Below are positions 31,313 through 39,387 of a DNA stretch of 64,000 nt, piece after piece. The DNA lies in NCBI GenBank assembly GCA_036554525.1, contig DATBNC010000010.1, forward strand, positions 24,669 through 88,668, written 5' to 3'. How positions within the stretch are numbered: the first letter of the stretch is position 1; every line of letters begins with the position of its first letter. The notes beneath the pieces were generated by a model. It was given only the letters and a program-made list of their open reading frames with translations. It did no database searches and was not told the DNA's origin. The position numbers were made by a program, and so were the translations under genes. This DNA comes from Allosphingosinicella sp. Lineage in GTDB: Bacteria > Pseudomonadota > Alphaproteobacteria > Sphingomonadales > Sphingomonadaceae.

Positions 31313-32119
31313 GTGCTTCGAATCGAAAACCTCCACGCCACCGTCGCCGACAAGCCGATCCTCAAGGGTCTTTCGCTGTCGGTGAACCCGGGCGAGATCC
31401 ACGCCATCATGGGGCCGAACGGCGCCGGCAAGTCGACGCTCGGCTACGTACTCGGTGGCCGCGAAGGCTATGAAGTCACCGGCGGCTCGGTTCGCTTCAA
31501 TCCGCTTGTGTCGAGCGAAGTCGAGACACGTTTCTCGACTGCGCTCGAAACAGACGGGGAGGGTTGGGTGGACCTCCTCGAAATGTCCGCCGACGAACGC
31601 GCCGCCGCCGGCTTGTTCCTCGGCTTCCAATATCCGGTCGAAATCCCGGGCGTCTCCAACGTCCAGTTCCTGCGCACTGCGCTTAATGCCCAGCGCCGCG
31701 CGCGCGGCGAGGCGGAGATGTCGGCGGGCGATTTCCTGCGGCTTGCGCGGGCGCAGGGCGATGCGCTTGGCGTCTCGATGGACATGATGAAGCGGGCGGT
31801 GAACGTCGGCTTTTCGGGCGGCGAAAAGAAGCGCAACGAGATGGTCCAGATGGGCATCATCGCGCCGAAGCTTGCCGTGCTCGACGAGACAGATTCGGGC
31901 CTCGACATCGACGCGCTTCGCGTCGTCGCCGACGGCATCAACCGCATCATGCGCGCACCCGACAAGTCGGTGCTGCTGATCACTCACTATCAGCGCCTGC
32001 TGGATCTGGTGGAGCCCCACTTCGTCCACGTCCTCGCCAACGGCCGAATCGTCCGCTCCGGCGGCCCTGAACTCGCCCACGAGCTCGAACGCGACGGCTA
32101 TGCGAGCATCGCGGCGTGA
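31313..32119 (+). CDS. sufC: Fe-S cluster assembly ATPase SufC, carrying an approximately 20-aa in-frame insertion
   Basis: GTG at 31313. Walker A GPNGAGKST, Q-loop FLGFQYPVEIPG, signature FSGGEKKR, Walker B LAVLDETDSGLD and H-loop ITHY. There is an extra segment NPLVSSEVETRFSTALETDGEG between YEVTGGSV and DLLEM. Confidence 0.95.
   Translation: MLRIENLHATVADKPILKGLSLSVNPGEIHAIMGPNGAGKSTLGYVLGGREGYEVTGGSVRFNPLVSSEVETRFSTALETDGEGWVDLLEMSADERAAAGLFLGFQYPVEIPGVSNVQFLRTALNAQRRARGEAEMSAGDFLRLARAQGDALGVSMDMMKRAVNVGFSGGEKKRNEMVQMGIIAPKLAVLDETDSGLDIDALRVVADGINRIMRAPDKSVLLITHYQRLLDLVEPHFVHVLANGRIVRSGGPELAHELERDGYASIAA
31508..31551. repeat. Palindromic (REP/MITE-like) unit inside the sufC coding sequence
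   Basis: TCGAGCGAAGTCGAGA (31511-31526) and TCTCGACTGCGCTCGA (31533-31548) are 15/16 complementary with a 6-nt loop. The core CGAGCGWAGTCGAG is shared with the 35018-35094 inverted repeat. Confidence 0.75.
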
Positions 32120-33300
32120 CACTCGCTCTCCCGTCTAATCGTCAAGAAGCCTGGCGCTGGAGCGATCTTTCGGGGCTGCCTGACTTCGCCGCCCGCGAAC
32201 GCCGCGCCTTGGCCTCACCTTTGACTAACCTTTGGCTCGATTGCGCGGTCGAAGGTCCCCGCCTGCTGTTCGTGGACGGCAAGCTCGCCGCCGAGGAAAG
32301 CAACCTCGGCCCGCTCGAGATCGGCGCGCTCGAACAAGCGCCCGATCACGCCCTCGCCCGCCACGCGGCGGAAGGCTGGACCCTGCGCCTCAACGTCGGC
32401 CACGCGCCGCTCGGCCTTGTCCAGATCGTCCACGCCGCGACCGGCGGCGCCGATCACCTCGCCGGCGAAATCGTCCTGGGCGAAGACGCGCAAGCCTCCG
32501 TGGTGGAGACCTTCCTCGGCGAAGGCTGGACCAACCGCTTCACCCGGATCCGCCTGGCGCGCTCCGCCCGGCTGATGCTGACGCGCCGGATCACGTCAGG
32601 CGGCTTCGTCAGCCTCACTGAGGACGCGGAAGTCGGCGAGGGCGCGAGCCTGACCGTCGCCACCCTCGCCGCCGGAGCCGCCGACACGCGGCTCGACGCC
32701 AACATCCGCCTCACCGGCGATGGCGCCTTCGCCGAAGCCGGCGGCGCGCTCCTCGCCCGCGGCAAGCAGCGCCACGATGCCAACCTCGTCCTGCGCCACG
32801 AGCAACCGAACGGCGTCAGCCGCCAGGTCTGGCGCTCCGTCGCTGACGACCGTGCCACCTGCTCGGTCGCCGCCCGAGTTGAAGTCGCCCGCGGCGCGCA
32901 GAAGACCGATGGCGAGCAGTCGCTCAAGGGCCTGCTGCTGGCGCGCACCGCCACGGTGAACGCCAAGCCTGAACTCGAAATCTACGCCGACGACGTGAAA
33001 TGCGCCCATGGCGCGACGGTTGGCGAACTCAATCGCGACGCCCTCTTCTATCTCGCCAGCCGCGGTGTTCCGGAGGCGGAGGCCAAGGCGCTTCTAACCA
33101 GCGCCTTCGTGGCCGATGCCCTGACCCGGATCGGCGAAGAGGCGGTGCGCGAGGCGTTCGAAGCGGATGCCGAGGCTTGGCTTGCCGGAGCCGAAAAACC
33201 CCTCCCCTTCAGGGGAGGGGTTGGGGAGGGGCCTGTCACGACCCACCGCGCCTCCTCAACATTCCCCTCCCCCGTCCCCTCCCCTGAAGGGGAGGGGTGA
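32116..33300 (+). CDS. sufD: Fe-S cluster assembly protein SufD, with a repeat-encoded C-terminal tail
   Basis: GTG at 32116 (GTGA overlap with sufC). ..SRQVWRSVADDRATCSVAARVEVARGAQKTDGEQSLKGLLL..KPELEIYADDVKCAHGATVGELN..LFYLASRGV.. The last approximately 33 aa (PLPFRGGVGEG..PSPEGEG) are encoded by repeat 33199-33297. Confidence 0.9.
   Translation: MTLALPSNRQEAWRWSDLSGLPDFAARERRALASPLTNLWLDCAVEGPRLLFVDGKLAAEESNLGPLEIGALEQAPDHALARHAAEGWTLRLNVGHAPLGLVQIVHAATGGADHLAGEIVLGEDAQASVVETFLGEGWTNRFTRIRLARSARLMLTRRITSGGFVSLTEDAEVGEGASLTVATLAAGAADTRLDANIRLTGDGAFAEAGGALLARGKQRHDANLVLRHEQPNGVSRQVWRSVADDRATCSVAARVEVARGAQKTDGEQSLKGLLLARTATVNAKPELEIYADDVKCAHGATVGELNRDALFYLASRGVPEAEAKALLTSAFVADALTRIGEEAVREAFEADAEAWLAGAEKPLPFRGGVGEGPVTTHRASSTFPSPVPSPEGEG
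33199..33297. repeat. GGGGAGGGG nested-palindrome element, copy A (sufD/sufS junction)
   Basis: Layout: CCCCTCCCCT-tc-AGGGGAGGGG (33199-33220), GGGGAGGGG (33223-33231), 32-nt spacer, CCCCTCCCC (33264-33272), CCCCTCCCCT-ga-AGGGGAGGGG (33276-33297). Same architecture as 42957-43069. Confidence 0.85.
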
Positions 33301-34514
33301 TGGACATGCTCGCCTCAACCACCCCCCTCGACCACGTCTCCGACTTCCCGGCGATCCCCGCGGGCTGGTCCTACCTCGACACCGCCGCCACCGCGCAGAA
33401 GCCGCAGGCGGTGATCGACGCGATCGGCTTGGGCTACTCCGACACCTACGCCACCGTGCACCGCGGCGTGTACCAGCGCTCCTCCGAAATGACGCTCGCC
33501 TTCGAAGCGGCGCGCCGCCGCATCGCCGGCTTCATAGGCGCGCCGTCGCCGAACGAGGTTATCTTCGTGCGCGGCGCCACCGAGGGCATCAACCTCGTCG
33601 CGCAAAGCTGGGGCGGCGCGAACCTCCAGCCCGGCGACCGCGTCATGCTGTCGCTGCTCGAGCACCATTCGAACATCGTCGCCTGGCAGCTCATCGCGCA
33701 GGCCAAAGGCGCCGAGATCGATGTCGCGCCGCTCACCGAAGACGGCCGCATCGACCTCGACGCCATGGCGCAGATGCTGACGCCCCGGCACCGCATCGTC
33801 GCGCTTGCCCACGTCTCCAACGTGCTCGGCTCGGTGCTGGACGCCCGCCGAGCCGCCGATCTCGCCCACTCCGTCGGCGCGCTGCTGCTGCTCGACGGCT
33901 GCCAGGCGGTGCCGCGCATGGCGGTGAACGTGGCGGAGCTCGGCTGCGACTTCTACACCTTCTCCGGCCACAAACTCTACGGCCCGACCGGCATCGGCGT
34001 CCTGTGGGGCCGCACCGAGCTGCTCGCGGATATGCCACCCTGGCAAGGCGGCGGCGCGATGATCGACAAGGTGAGCTTCGAGGAAACCACCTTCGCGCCT
34101 CCCCCCGCCCGCTTCGAAGCCGGCACGCCGCACATCGTCGGGGTCCTCGGGCTGGAAGCCGCGGTCGGCTACGTGGAGCGTATCGGCCTCGACGCCATCG
34201 CCGCGCACGAAGCCGCTTTGGTCAAGGAAGCGCGCGAGGCGCTCTCCACGATCAACAGCGTCCGCCTGTTCGGGCCGGAAGACAGCGCCGGCATTGTCAG
34301 CTTCGCGCTGGAGGGGGTGCATCCCCACGACGTCGGCACCATATTGGACGAGAGCAAGGTCGCCATCCGCGCCGGCCACCATTGCGCCCAGCCGCTGATG
34401 CGGCATTTGGGTGTGGACGCAACGGCGCGGGCGAGCTTCGGCGTCTATAACGGCCGCCGCGACATCGAGGCGCTGGTCGCCGGCATCGAACGGGTAACGA
34501 GGATCTTTGGGTGA
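33300..34514 (+). CDS. sufS: Cysteine desulfurase SufS
   Basis: Class V aminotransferase: ..YLDTAATAQKP.., ..SGHKLYGPTGIGVLWG.. (PLP Lys), ..AIRAGHHCAQPL.. (active-site Cys loop). Start is ATG 33300 (alternatives GTG 33297, ATG 33306) and overlaps the sufD stop. Confidence 0.95.
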   Translation: MDMLASTTPLDHVSDFPAIPAGWSYLDTAATAQKPQAVIDAIGLGYSDTYATVHRGVYQRSSEMTLAFEAARRRIAGFIGAPSPNEVIFVRGATEGINLVAQSWGGANLQPGDRVMLSLLEHHSNIVAWQLIAQAKGAEIDVAPLTEDGRIDLDAMAQMLTPRHRIVALAHVSNVLGSVLDARRAADLAHSVGALLLLDGCQAVPRMAVNVAELGCDFYTFSGHKLYGPTGIGVLWGRTELLADMPPWQGGGAMIDKVSFEETTFAPPPARFEAGTPHIVGVLGLEAAVGYVERIGLDAIAAHEAALVKEAREALSTINSVRLFGPEDSAGIVSFALEGVHPHDVGTILDESKVAIRAGHHCAQPLMRHLGVDATARASFGVYNGRRDIEALVAGIERVTRIFG

Positions 34515-34978
34515 ACGAGGAACGCAAGATCGAGATCGAGGAAGTGACGGACGCGCCCTCGCCGCCGAAGGCGCGCGTGTCGGATGCGGTGGAAACTTTC
34601 GAGCGCAAGCGCGACTATTTGGAAGGCTTCCTCGCCAAACAGGCGCCGGCTGAACCCGCGCCGGAGATGTCGGGCGGCGAGCTCTACGAAGCGGTGATCG
34701 ACGCGCTGAAGGAAATCTACGACCCGGAAATACCGGTCAACATCTACGATCTGGGCCTGATCTACGACGTCGAGATCACGCCCGAGCACCACGCCATGGT
34801 GAAGATGACCCTCACGACGCCGAACTGCCCGGTGGCCGAGTCCATGCCAGGCGAGGTGGAGCTGCGCGTCGGCTCCGTCCCCGGCGTCGGCCATGCCGAA
34901 GTGGAACTCGTCTGGGATCCGCCTTGGGACCCGCAGAAGATGACCGACGAAGCCAAGCTCGAACTGGGCATGCTGTGA
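34511..34978 (+). CDS. SUF-system Fe-S assembly protein (DUF59/MIP18, SufT-like)
   Basis: GTG at 34511 (GTGA overlap with sufS). ..LKEIYDPEIPVNIYDLGLIYDVEI..MTLTTPNCPVAESMPGEV.. is the DUF59 signature. Confidence 0.85.
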   Translation: MNEERKIEIEEVTDAPSPPKARVSDAVETFERKRDYLEGFLAKQAPAEPAPEMSGGELYEAVIDALKEIYDPEIPVNIYDLGLIYDVEITPEHHAMVKMTLTTPNCPVAESMPGEVELRVGSVPGVGHAEVELVWDPPWDPQKMTDEAKLELGML

Positions 34979-34981
34979 GTT

Positions 34982-35006
34982 TCGCTCAAAGTGGTACTTT
35001 GAGCGA
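34982..35006. repeat. Perfect 11-bp hairpin directly after the sufT-like stop
   Basis: TCGCTCAAAGT-ggt-ACTTTGAGCGA, beginning 4 nt after TGA 34976-34978. Confidence 0.6.
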
Positions 35007-35017
35007 GGTAACAACCT

Positions 35018-35094
35018 CGTTCGTCCCGAGCGTAGTCGAGGGGCGCACACGAGGACTCAGTGCCAGCGCCCCTCGACTTCGCTCGGGACGAACG
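35018..35094. repeat. 29-bp inverted repeat (CGAGCGWAGTCGAG family) in the sufT-sufA spacer
   Basis: CGTTCGTCCCGAGCGTAGTCGAGGGGCGC (35018-35046) against the reverse complement of 35066-35094 is 28/29 identical, with a 19-nt spacer. Confidence 0.85.
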
Positions 35095-35108
35095 GAATAT
35101 GGTGATCC

Positions 35109-35468
35109 ATGATTGAGACCAAAACCCGCCGCCCGCGCCCTGCGGCCCTGATCCTCACCCCGGCCGCCGAGGCACGCGTCGCGGCGCTCATGGCGCGCGC
35201 CCCGGAGGGAACGGTGGGGGTCAAGCTTTCCACCCCCCGCCGCGGGTGCTCGGGCCTTGCCTACAGCGTGGACTATGTCGCTCAGGCCAATCCCATGGAC
35301 GAGCGCATCGATACGCCGGCCGGCCCGTTCTTCATCGACGCCGCCTCGATCCTGTACCTGATCGGCTCCACCATGGACTGGGTGGAGGACGACTTCACGG
35401 CTGGTTTCGTCTTCGCCAACCCCAATGCCAAGGGCCAGTGCGGCTGCGGCGAAAGCTTCACCGTCTAG
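35109..35468 (+). CDS. sufA: Iron-sulfur cluster insertion/A-type carrier protein (HesB/IscA/SufA family)
   Basis: ..GVKLSTPRRGCSGLAYSVDY.. and C-terminal ..NPNAKGQCGCGESFTV (CxC motif). Confidence 0.9.
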   Translation: MIETKTRRPRPAALILTPAAEARVAALMARAPEGTVGVKLSTPRRGCSGLAYSVDYVAQANPMDERIDTPAGPFFIDAASILYLIGSTMDWVEDDFTAGFVFANPNAKGQCGCGESFTV

Positions 35469-35469
35469 C

Positions 35470-37791
35470 TTAAAAGGCCACCCCGTAGCGGATCGCGGCG
35501 CCGACATCGTTGCTCATCGCTTCCACGTGCCCGGGCTGGCGGCGCAGGAAGGCGTTGGCGCTGACGTTGCCGCCCCACAAAGCCATGCCGTACGCCGCCT
35601 CGAAATCGATCTCGCGACCGGTGGGCGCCAGGTTGAAGAAGCGCTGGTCGTAGCCGACCGCGCCCGTTGCGTAATCGTAGGAGACCGGCAGGCTGAGCGC
35701 GTAGCCGCCTGAGGCGACCCGTAGCGGCTGCATCACCCGGAACGCGAGCCGGTCGCCAGAGCGGAAGGCGCCGGCCTTGGATAAATCGAACGCCCAGGCT
35801 TCGGTGCCGAGCCGCCCGCTTTGCGCAAGGCCGCCGCCGGCCATCGACGTGACGCCGCGCCGATACGCGGCATAAGCGCCCCAGCCGCGGCCGAAGTCGA
35901 AGCTTGCGCTCGCATCGCCGAACCAGCTGCTTGCCCCGCCCGCGCCGAACAAAGCCGAGGACAAGCGGCCGCCAAGCACCGTTTCCCGCTCGTCGAGGCG
36001 CGTGGCGCCAAGCGTCAGCGTCGCGGGGCCGAACCTGCGATCGAGCGTCGCCGAGCCGACGGTGTAGCCCGGCTGTCCAAGGCCGCCGCGCAGGGCATTG
36101 GGCTGGTACACTTCGCCGCGCTCGCCGGTGACGGTGAGGCCCGCCACACCGAGATCGTGGCGCAGGCCGATGCTGGACGTGCCCTCGCCGTGGAAGCCCG
36201 CGCGCGCCATCGGATCGCGCGCCACCAGAAAGGCGTTCTGATACTGACCGGTAAGCCGCTGCTGCAGCGTCTTGCCGCTTTCGGAGATGCCGAGCGCCAC
36301 CGCCGTCTTCGGGCTCAGCCGGCTGAGCATCAGCCCGGACAGCACCCGCGCCTTGCGGCTGTCGTCGTAGCTGAGGCCCATCTGCGCCATCCCTACCCAG
36401 GGCTGGTTGCTCTGCTGGCGATCGAGGGTGATCGACACCGCCATCTTTCCAGCCGAAACCGTTGAAGTGCGCTGATCGCCGCCAAGCGACTGGCCAAGCG
36501 GCCGCTCCTGCGGCGCCTGGGAAAGCTGCGCGGCGAAATCCATCACGAATGCGCGGGAATAGCCGTCGAGAATGATCGCGCCCGCCATTTGCCCGGCGGG
36601 CGTTTTGGCGTCGCCCATCGGGCCAGAGCCCTCACCCCCGCCCGCCGGCGGCACGGGCAGTCCCGAACCAGCCATGGAGGTGGTACCTTGCGGCTGGAAC
36701 GCCCGCCCGATGTTGAGAATGCCGCGCCCGAAGGTCGCGTCGGTGCCCGCCGCGCCCGCGTCGTCCGCCGTCTTGAGCAAGAGGTCGACGATCTGAGCGC
36801 CGCTCAGGTTCGGAAAGGCGCTAGCAAGCAAGGCGGCGGCGCCGCTGATCACGGGCGCGGAAAAGGAGGTACCGGTGTAAAGGTAACCGGTGCCGGTCTG
36901 ATCGATCGTGCGCACCCGCGATCCAAGCGCGGTGAGGTACCAGTTCGCCGCGGCGCTCGTGCCGGCTTTGTTGGAATAGCTGGCAATGCCACGCGTTTCA
37001 TCCATCGCACCGGCGATGATCACCAACCCGTTGCCGTTCGCCGCGCTTCCCGACGCGAAACCCGTAGGATCGGCCAGCGATTCGTTGCCCGCCGACAAAA
37101 CCAGAACCACACCGGCCGTTGCGGCGCGGCGCACGGCCGCGGCCATGGCCGTGCCGATGCCTTCGCCGCCGAGCGAGATGTTGATCACCCGCGCGCCGTT
37201 GGTGACCGCCACGTCGATCCCGCGCGCAATGTCGCTGTCGCGGTGCTTGCAACCGTCTTCCGGATCGCAATCGTTCGGGTTGCTGGTGTTGAGCGAGATA
37301 ATGGTCGAGTCGAAAGCAACGCCGACATTCTGCGAGCCGTTGCGCGCGCCCGCCAGCACCGCCGAAACCGCAGTGCCATGCCCTTCGGTGTCGGTGATGC
37401 CGCGAGTGCCTGCAATATCGCGGCTCGCCGGATCGATCCGGCCGGCAAATTCCGCAAGATTCGGGTTGATGCCGCTGTCGATCACGCCGACCTTTACGCC
37501 CTGGCCGGTCGCGCCCGTATTCCAAGCGTAGATTGCGCCCGCCGAACCGGCGCCGTTCGAGCGCTGATATTCCGCATCGTTATAGTTCGCCCCGGTTGCG
37601 GCAGGCGGCGGAGGGGGCGGCGGCGGAGGCGGAGGCGGGGGAGGTGGCGGCGGCGGAGGCGCGGGCGGCGGAACGCTCAGCGTCGGATCGGGGTGCGCGC
37701 CGGTGCCGCCACCGCCGCCGCACCCGCCAAGCACCAGGGCGCCGGCGCAGACGGTGAGAACAAGCACGTTCCTGTGAAACCGTCGATCCAT
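35470..37791 (-). CDS. S8 (subtilisin-like) serine peptidase lipoprotein with a C-terminal autotransporter-like beta-barrel
   Basis: ATG at 37791 (MDRRFHRNVLVLTVCAGALVLGGC lipobox), a PPPA+P19 linker, catalytic D (VGVIDSGI), H (GHGTAVS) and S (GTSFSAP), a Gly/Ala/Ser-rich barrel and a terminal aromatic (..IRYGVAF). Confidence 0.85.
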   Translation of the reverse strand: MDRRFHRNVLVLTVCAGALVLGGCGGGGGTGAHPDPTLSVPPPAPPPPPPPPPPPPPPPPPPPAATGANYNDAEYQRSNGAGSAGAIYAWNTGATGQGVKVGVIDSGINPNLAEFAGRIDPASRDIAGTRGITDTEGHGTAVSAVLAGARNGSQNVGVAFDSTIISLNTSNPNDCDPEDGCKHRDSDIARGIDVAVTNGARVINISLGGEGIGTAMAAAVRRAATAGVVLVLSAGNESLADPTGFASGSAANGNGLVIIAGAMDETRGIASYSNKAGTSAAANWYLTALGSRVRTIDQTGTGYLYTGTSFSAPVISGAAALLASAFPNLSGAQIVDLLLKTADDAGAAGTDATFGRGILNIGRAFQPQGTTSMAGSGLPVPPAGGGEGSGPMGDAKTPAGQMAGAIILDGYSRAFVMDFAAQLSQAPQERPLGQSLGGDQRTSTVSAGKMAVSITLDRQQSNQPWVGMAQMGLSYDDSRKARVLSGLMLSRLSPKTAVALGISESGKTLQQRLTGQYQNAFLVARDPMARAGFHGEGTSSIGLRHDLGVAGLTVTGERGEVYQPNALRGGLGQPGYTVGSATLDRRFGPATLTLGATRLDERETVLGGRLSSALFGAGGASSWFGDASASFDFGRGWGAYAAYRRGVTSMAGGGLAQSGRLGTEAWAFDLSKAGAFRSGDRLAFRVMQPLRVASGGYALSLPVSYDYATGAVGYDQRFFNLAPTGREIDFEAAYGMALWGGNVSANAFLRRQPGHVEAMSNDVGAAIRYGVAF
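37603..37671 (-). repeat. (CCN)n tract encoding PPPA followed by 19 consecutive prolines
   Basis: Codon-by-codon reading of 37603-37671 on the minus strand gives 19 uninterrupted Pro codons after PPPA. Confidence 0.9.
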
Positions 37792-37894
37792 TGCGACCTC
37801 TTCGAATCGAATTTTTGGAAGATTTGTCAGTAGCTTATGCGACAACAATGCTTTCATTTTGCTGAAGGAACGGTTTTTCCCTAGGGGAAGCGCG

Positions 37895-38569
37895 ATGCTT
37901 CCTGCCTTGCGCCATATCGATTGCTGGATCTTTGATCTCGACAACAGCCTCTACCCGGCTTCGGCGAACCTGTTCGAGCTGATCGACATCCGCATGGGCG
38001 AATATATCTCGCGCCTCGTCGGCTGCGATTCGGCCGAAGCGCGGCGAATCCAGAAGGGCTTCTTCCACGAGCACGGCACCACGCTCGCCGGCCTGATGCG
38101 AAGCCACGGCACCGACCCGCGCGAGTTCCTCGACTACGTCCACGACATCGATCTTGCGCGCATTTCGGCCGATCCGCGAGTCGTGGATGCGCTGGACCGG
38201 CTGCCCGGGCGCAAATATGTCTTCACCAACGGCGACGTCGATTATGCGGGCCGGGTGCTCGACAAGCTCGGCCTCGCCAACGCGTTCGACGGGGTGCACG
38301 ACATCCATGCCATGAACTACGTGCCGAAACCGCACCCGGATGCCTACAGCGCTCTGTGCGCGCGCTACGCCATCGATCCGGCGCGCGCCTTGTTCGTGGA
38401 GGACATGGCGCGCAACCTCGAACCGGCAAAGGCGCTGGGCATGACCACCGTCTGGGTCGACAACGGCTCCGAACAGGCCGGACGCGACGCCGACCCCGCC
38501 TTTATCGATTACCGGATCACCGACGTCGCCGAGTGGCTGACCGACATCGTTCAAGAGGAACCAGTATGA
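37895..38569 (+). CDS. Pyrimidine 5'-nucleotidase (HAD superfamily)
   Basis: ATG at 37895 ([20 protein letters not shown] = HAD motif I DxDxT-like), ..VFTNGD.., ..FVEDMARNL... Confidence 0.8.
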   Translation: MLPALRHIDCWIFDLDNSLYPASANLFELIDIRMGEYISRLVGCDSAEARRIQKGFFHEHGTTLAGLMRSHGTDPREFLDYVHDIDLARISADPRVVDALDRLPGRKYVFTNGDVDYAGRVLDKLGLANAFDGVHDIHAMNYVPKPHPDAYSALCARYAIDPARALFVEDMARNLEPAKALGMTTVWVDNGSEQAGRDADPAFIDYRITDVAEWLTDIVQEEPV

Positions 38570-39387
38570 CCGACGCGCTGCGCACCACCATCGAAGACGC
38601 TTGGGAACGCCGCGACTCGATCGGCGCAAGCGACCGGGAGGTGGCCGAAGCCGTGGCAGCCGCGATCGCCCTCCTCGACAGCGGCGAAGCCCGCGTGGCC
38701 GAGAAAGGCGAAAACGGCTGGGCGGTGAACCAGTGGCTGAAGAAGGCCGTCCTCCTCTCCTTCCGCCTCTCCCCTATGGAAGCGGTCCCCGGCGGCCCCG
38801 GCGGCGCCCCCTGGTGGGACAAAGTGCCGTCCAAGTTCGTCGGCTGGGACGCGCAGCGCTTCACGAGCGCCGGCTTCCGCGCCGTGCCGGGCGCAATCGT
38901 CCGCCGCGGCGCTTACGTTGCGAAGAACGCCGTACTGATGCCGAGCTTCATCAACATCGGCGCCTATGTCGGCGAAGGCACGATGGTCGACACCTGGGCA
39001 ACGGTGGGCAGCTGCGCGCAGATCGGCCGCAATGTGCACATCTCGGGCGGCACCGGCATCGGCGGCGTGCTTGAGCCGCTTCAGGCGGGGCCGGTGATCA
39101 TTGAAGACGATTGCTTCATCGGCGCCCGCTCCGAAGTCGCCGAAGGCGTGGTGGTCGAGCAGGGCGCGGTGCTCTCCATGGGAGTCTTCCTCGGCGCCTC
39201 CACCAAAATCGTCGACCGCGCGTCAGGCGAGATTTTCTACGGCCGCGTGCCCGCTTACTCGGTGGTCGTGCCGGGCGTCCTCCCCGGCAAGGAAGGCGGC
39301 CCCGGCTTGGCCTGCGCCGTGATCGTCAAACGCGTCGACGAACGCACCCGCTCCAAGACCAGCATCAACGAACTGCTCCGCGATTGA
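38566..39387 (+). CDS. dapD: 2,3,4,5-tetrahydropyridine-2,6-dicarboxylate N-succinyltransferase
   Basis: ATG at 38566 (ATGA overlap). Hexapeptide-repeat body (..[49 protein letters not shown]..) and C-terminal ..[14 protein letters not shown]. Confidence 0.95.
   Translation: MTDALRTTIEDAWERRDSIGASDREVAEAVAAAIALLDSGEARVAEKGENGWAVNQWLKKAVLLSFRLSPMEAVPGGPGGAPWWDKVPSKFVGWDAQRFTSAGFRAVPGAIVRRGAYVAKNAVLMPSFINIGAYVGEGTMVDTWATVGSCAQIGRNVHISGGTGIGGVLEPLQAGPVIIEDDCFIGARSEVAEGVVVEQGAVLSMGVFLGASTKIVDRASGEIFYGRVPAYSVVVPGVLPGKEGGPGLACAVIVKRVDERTRSKTSINELLRD

Noticed and set aside
33167-34450. 427-aa alternative-frame ORF over sufS, together with other Arg/Pro-rich alternative frames in the suf operon
   Set aside because: The SufS frame has the PLP-Lys and active-site Cys motifs. 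The alternative frame is low-complexity.
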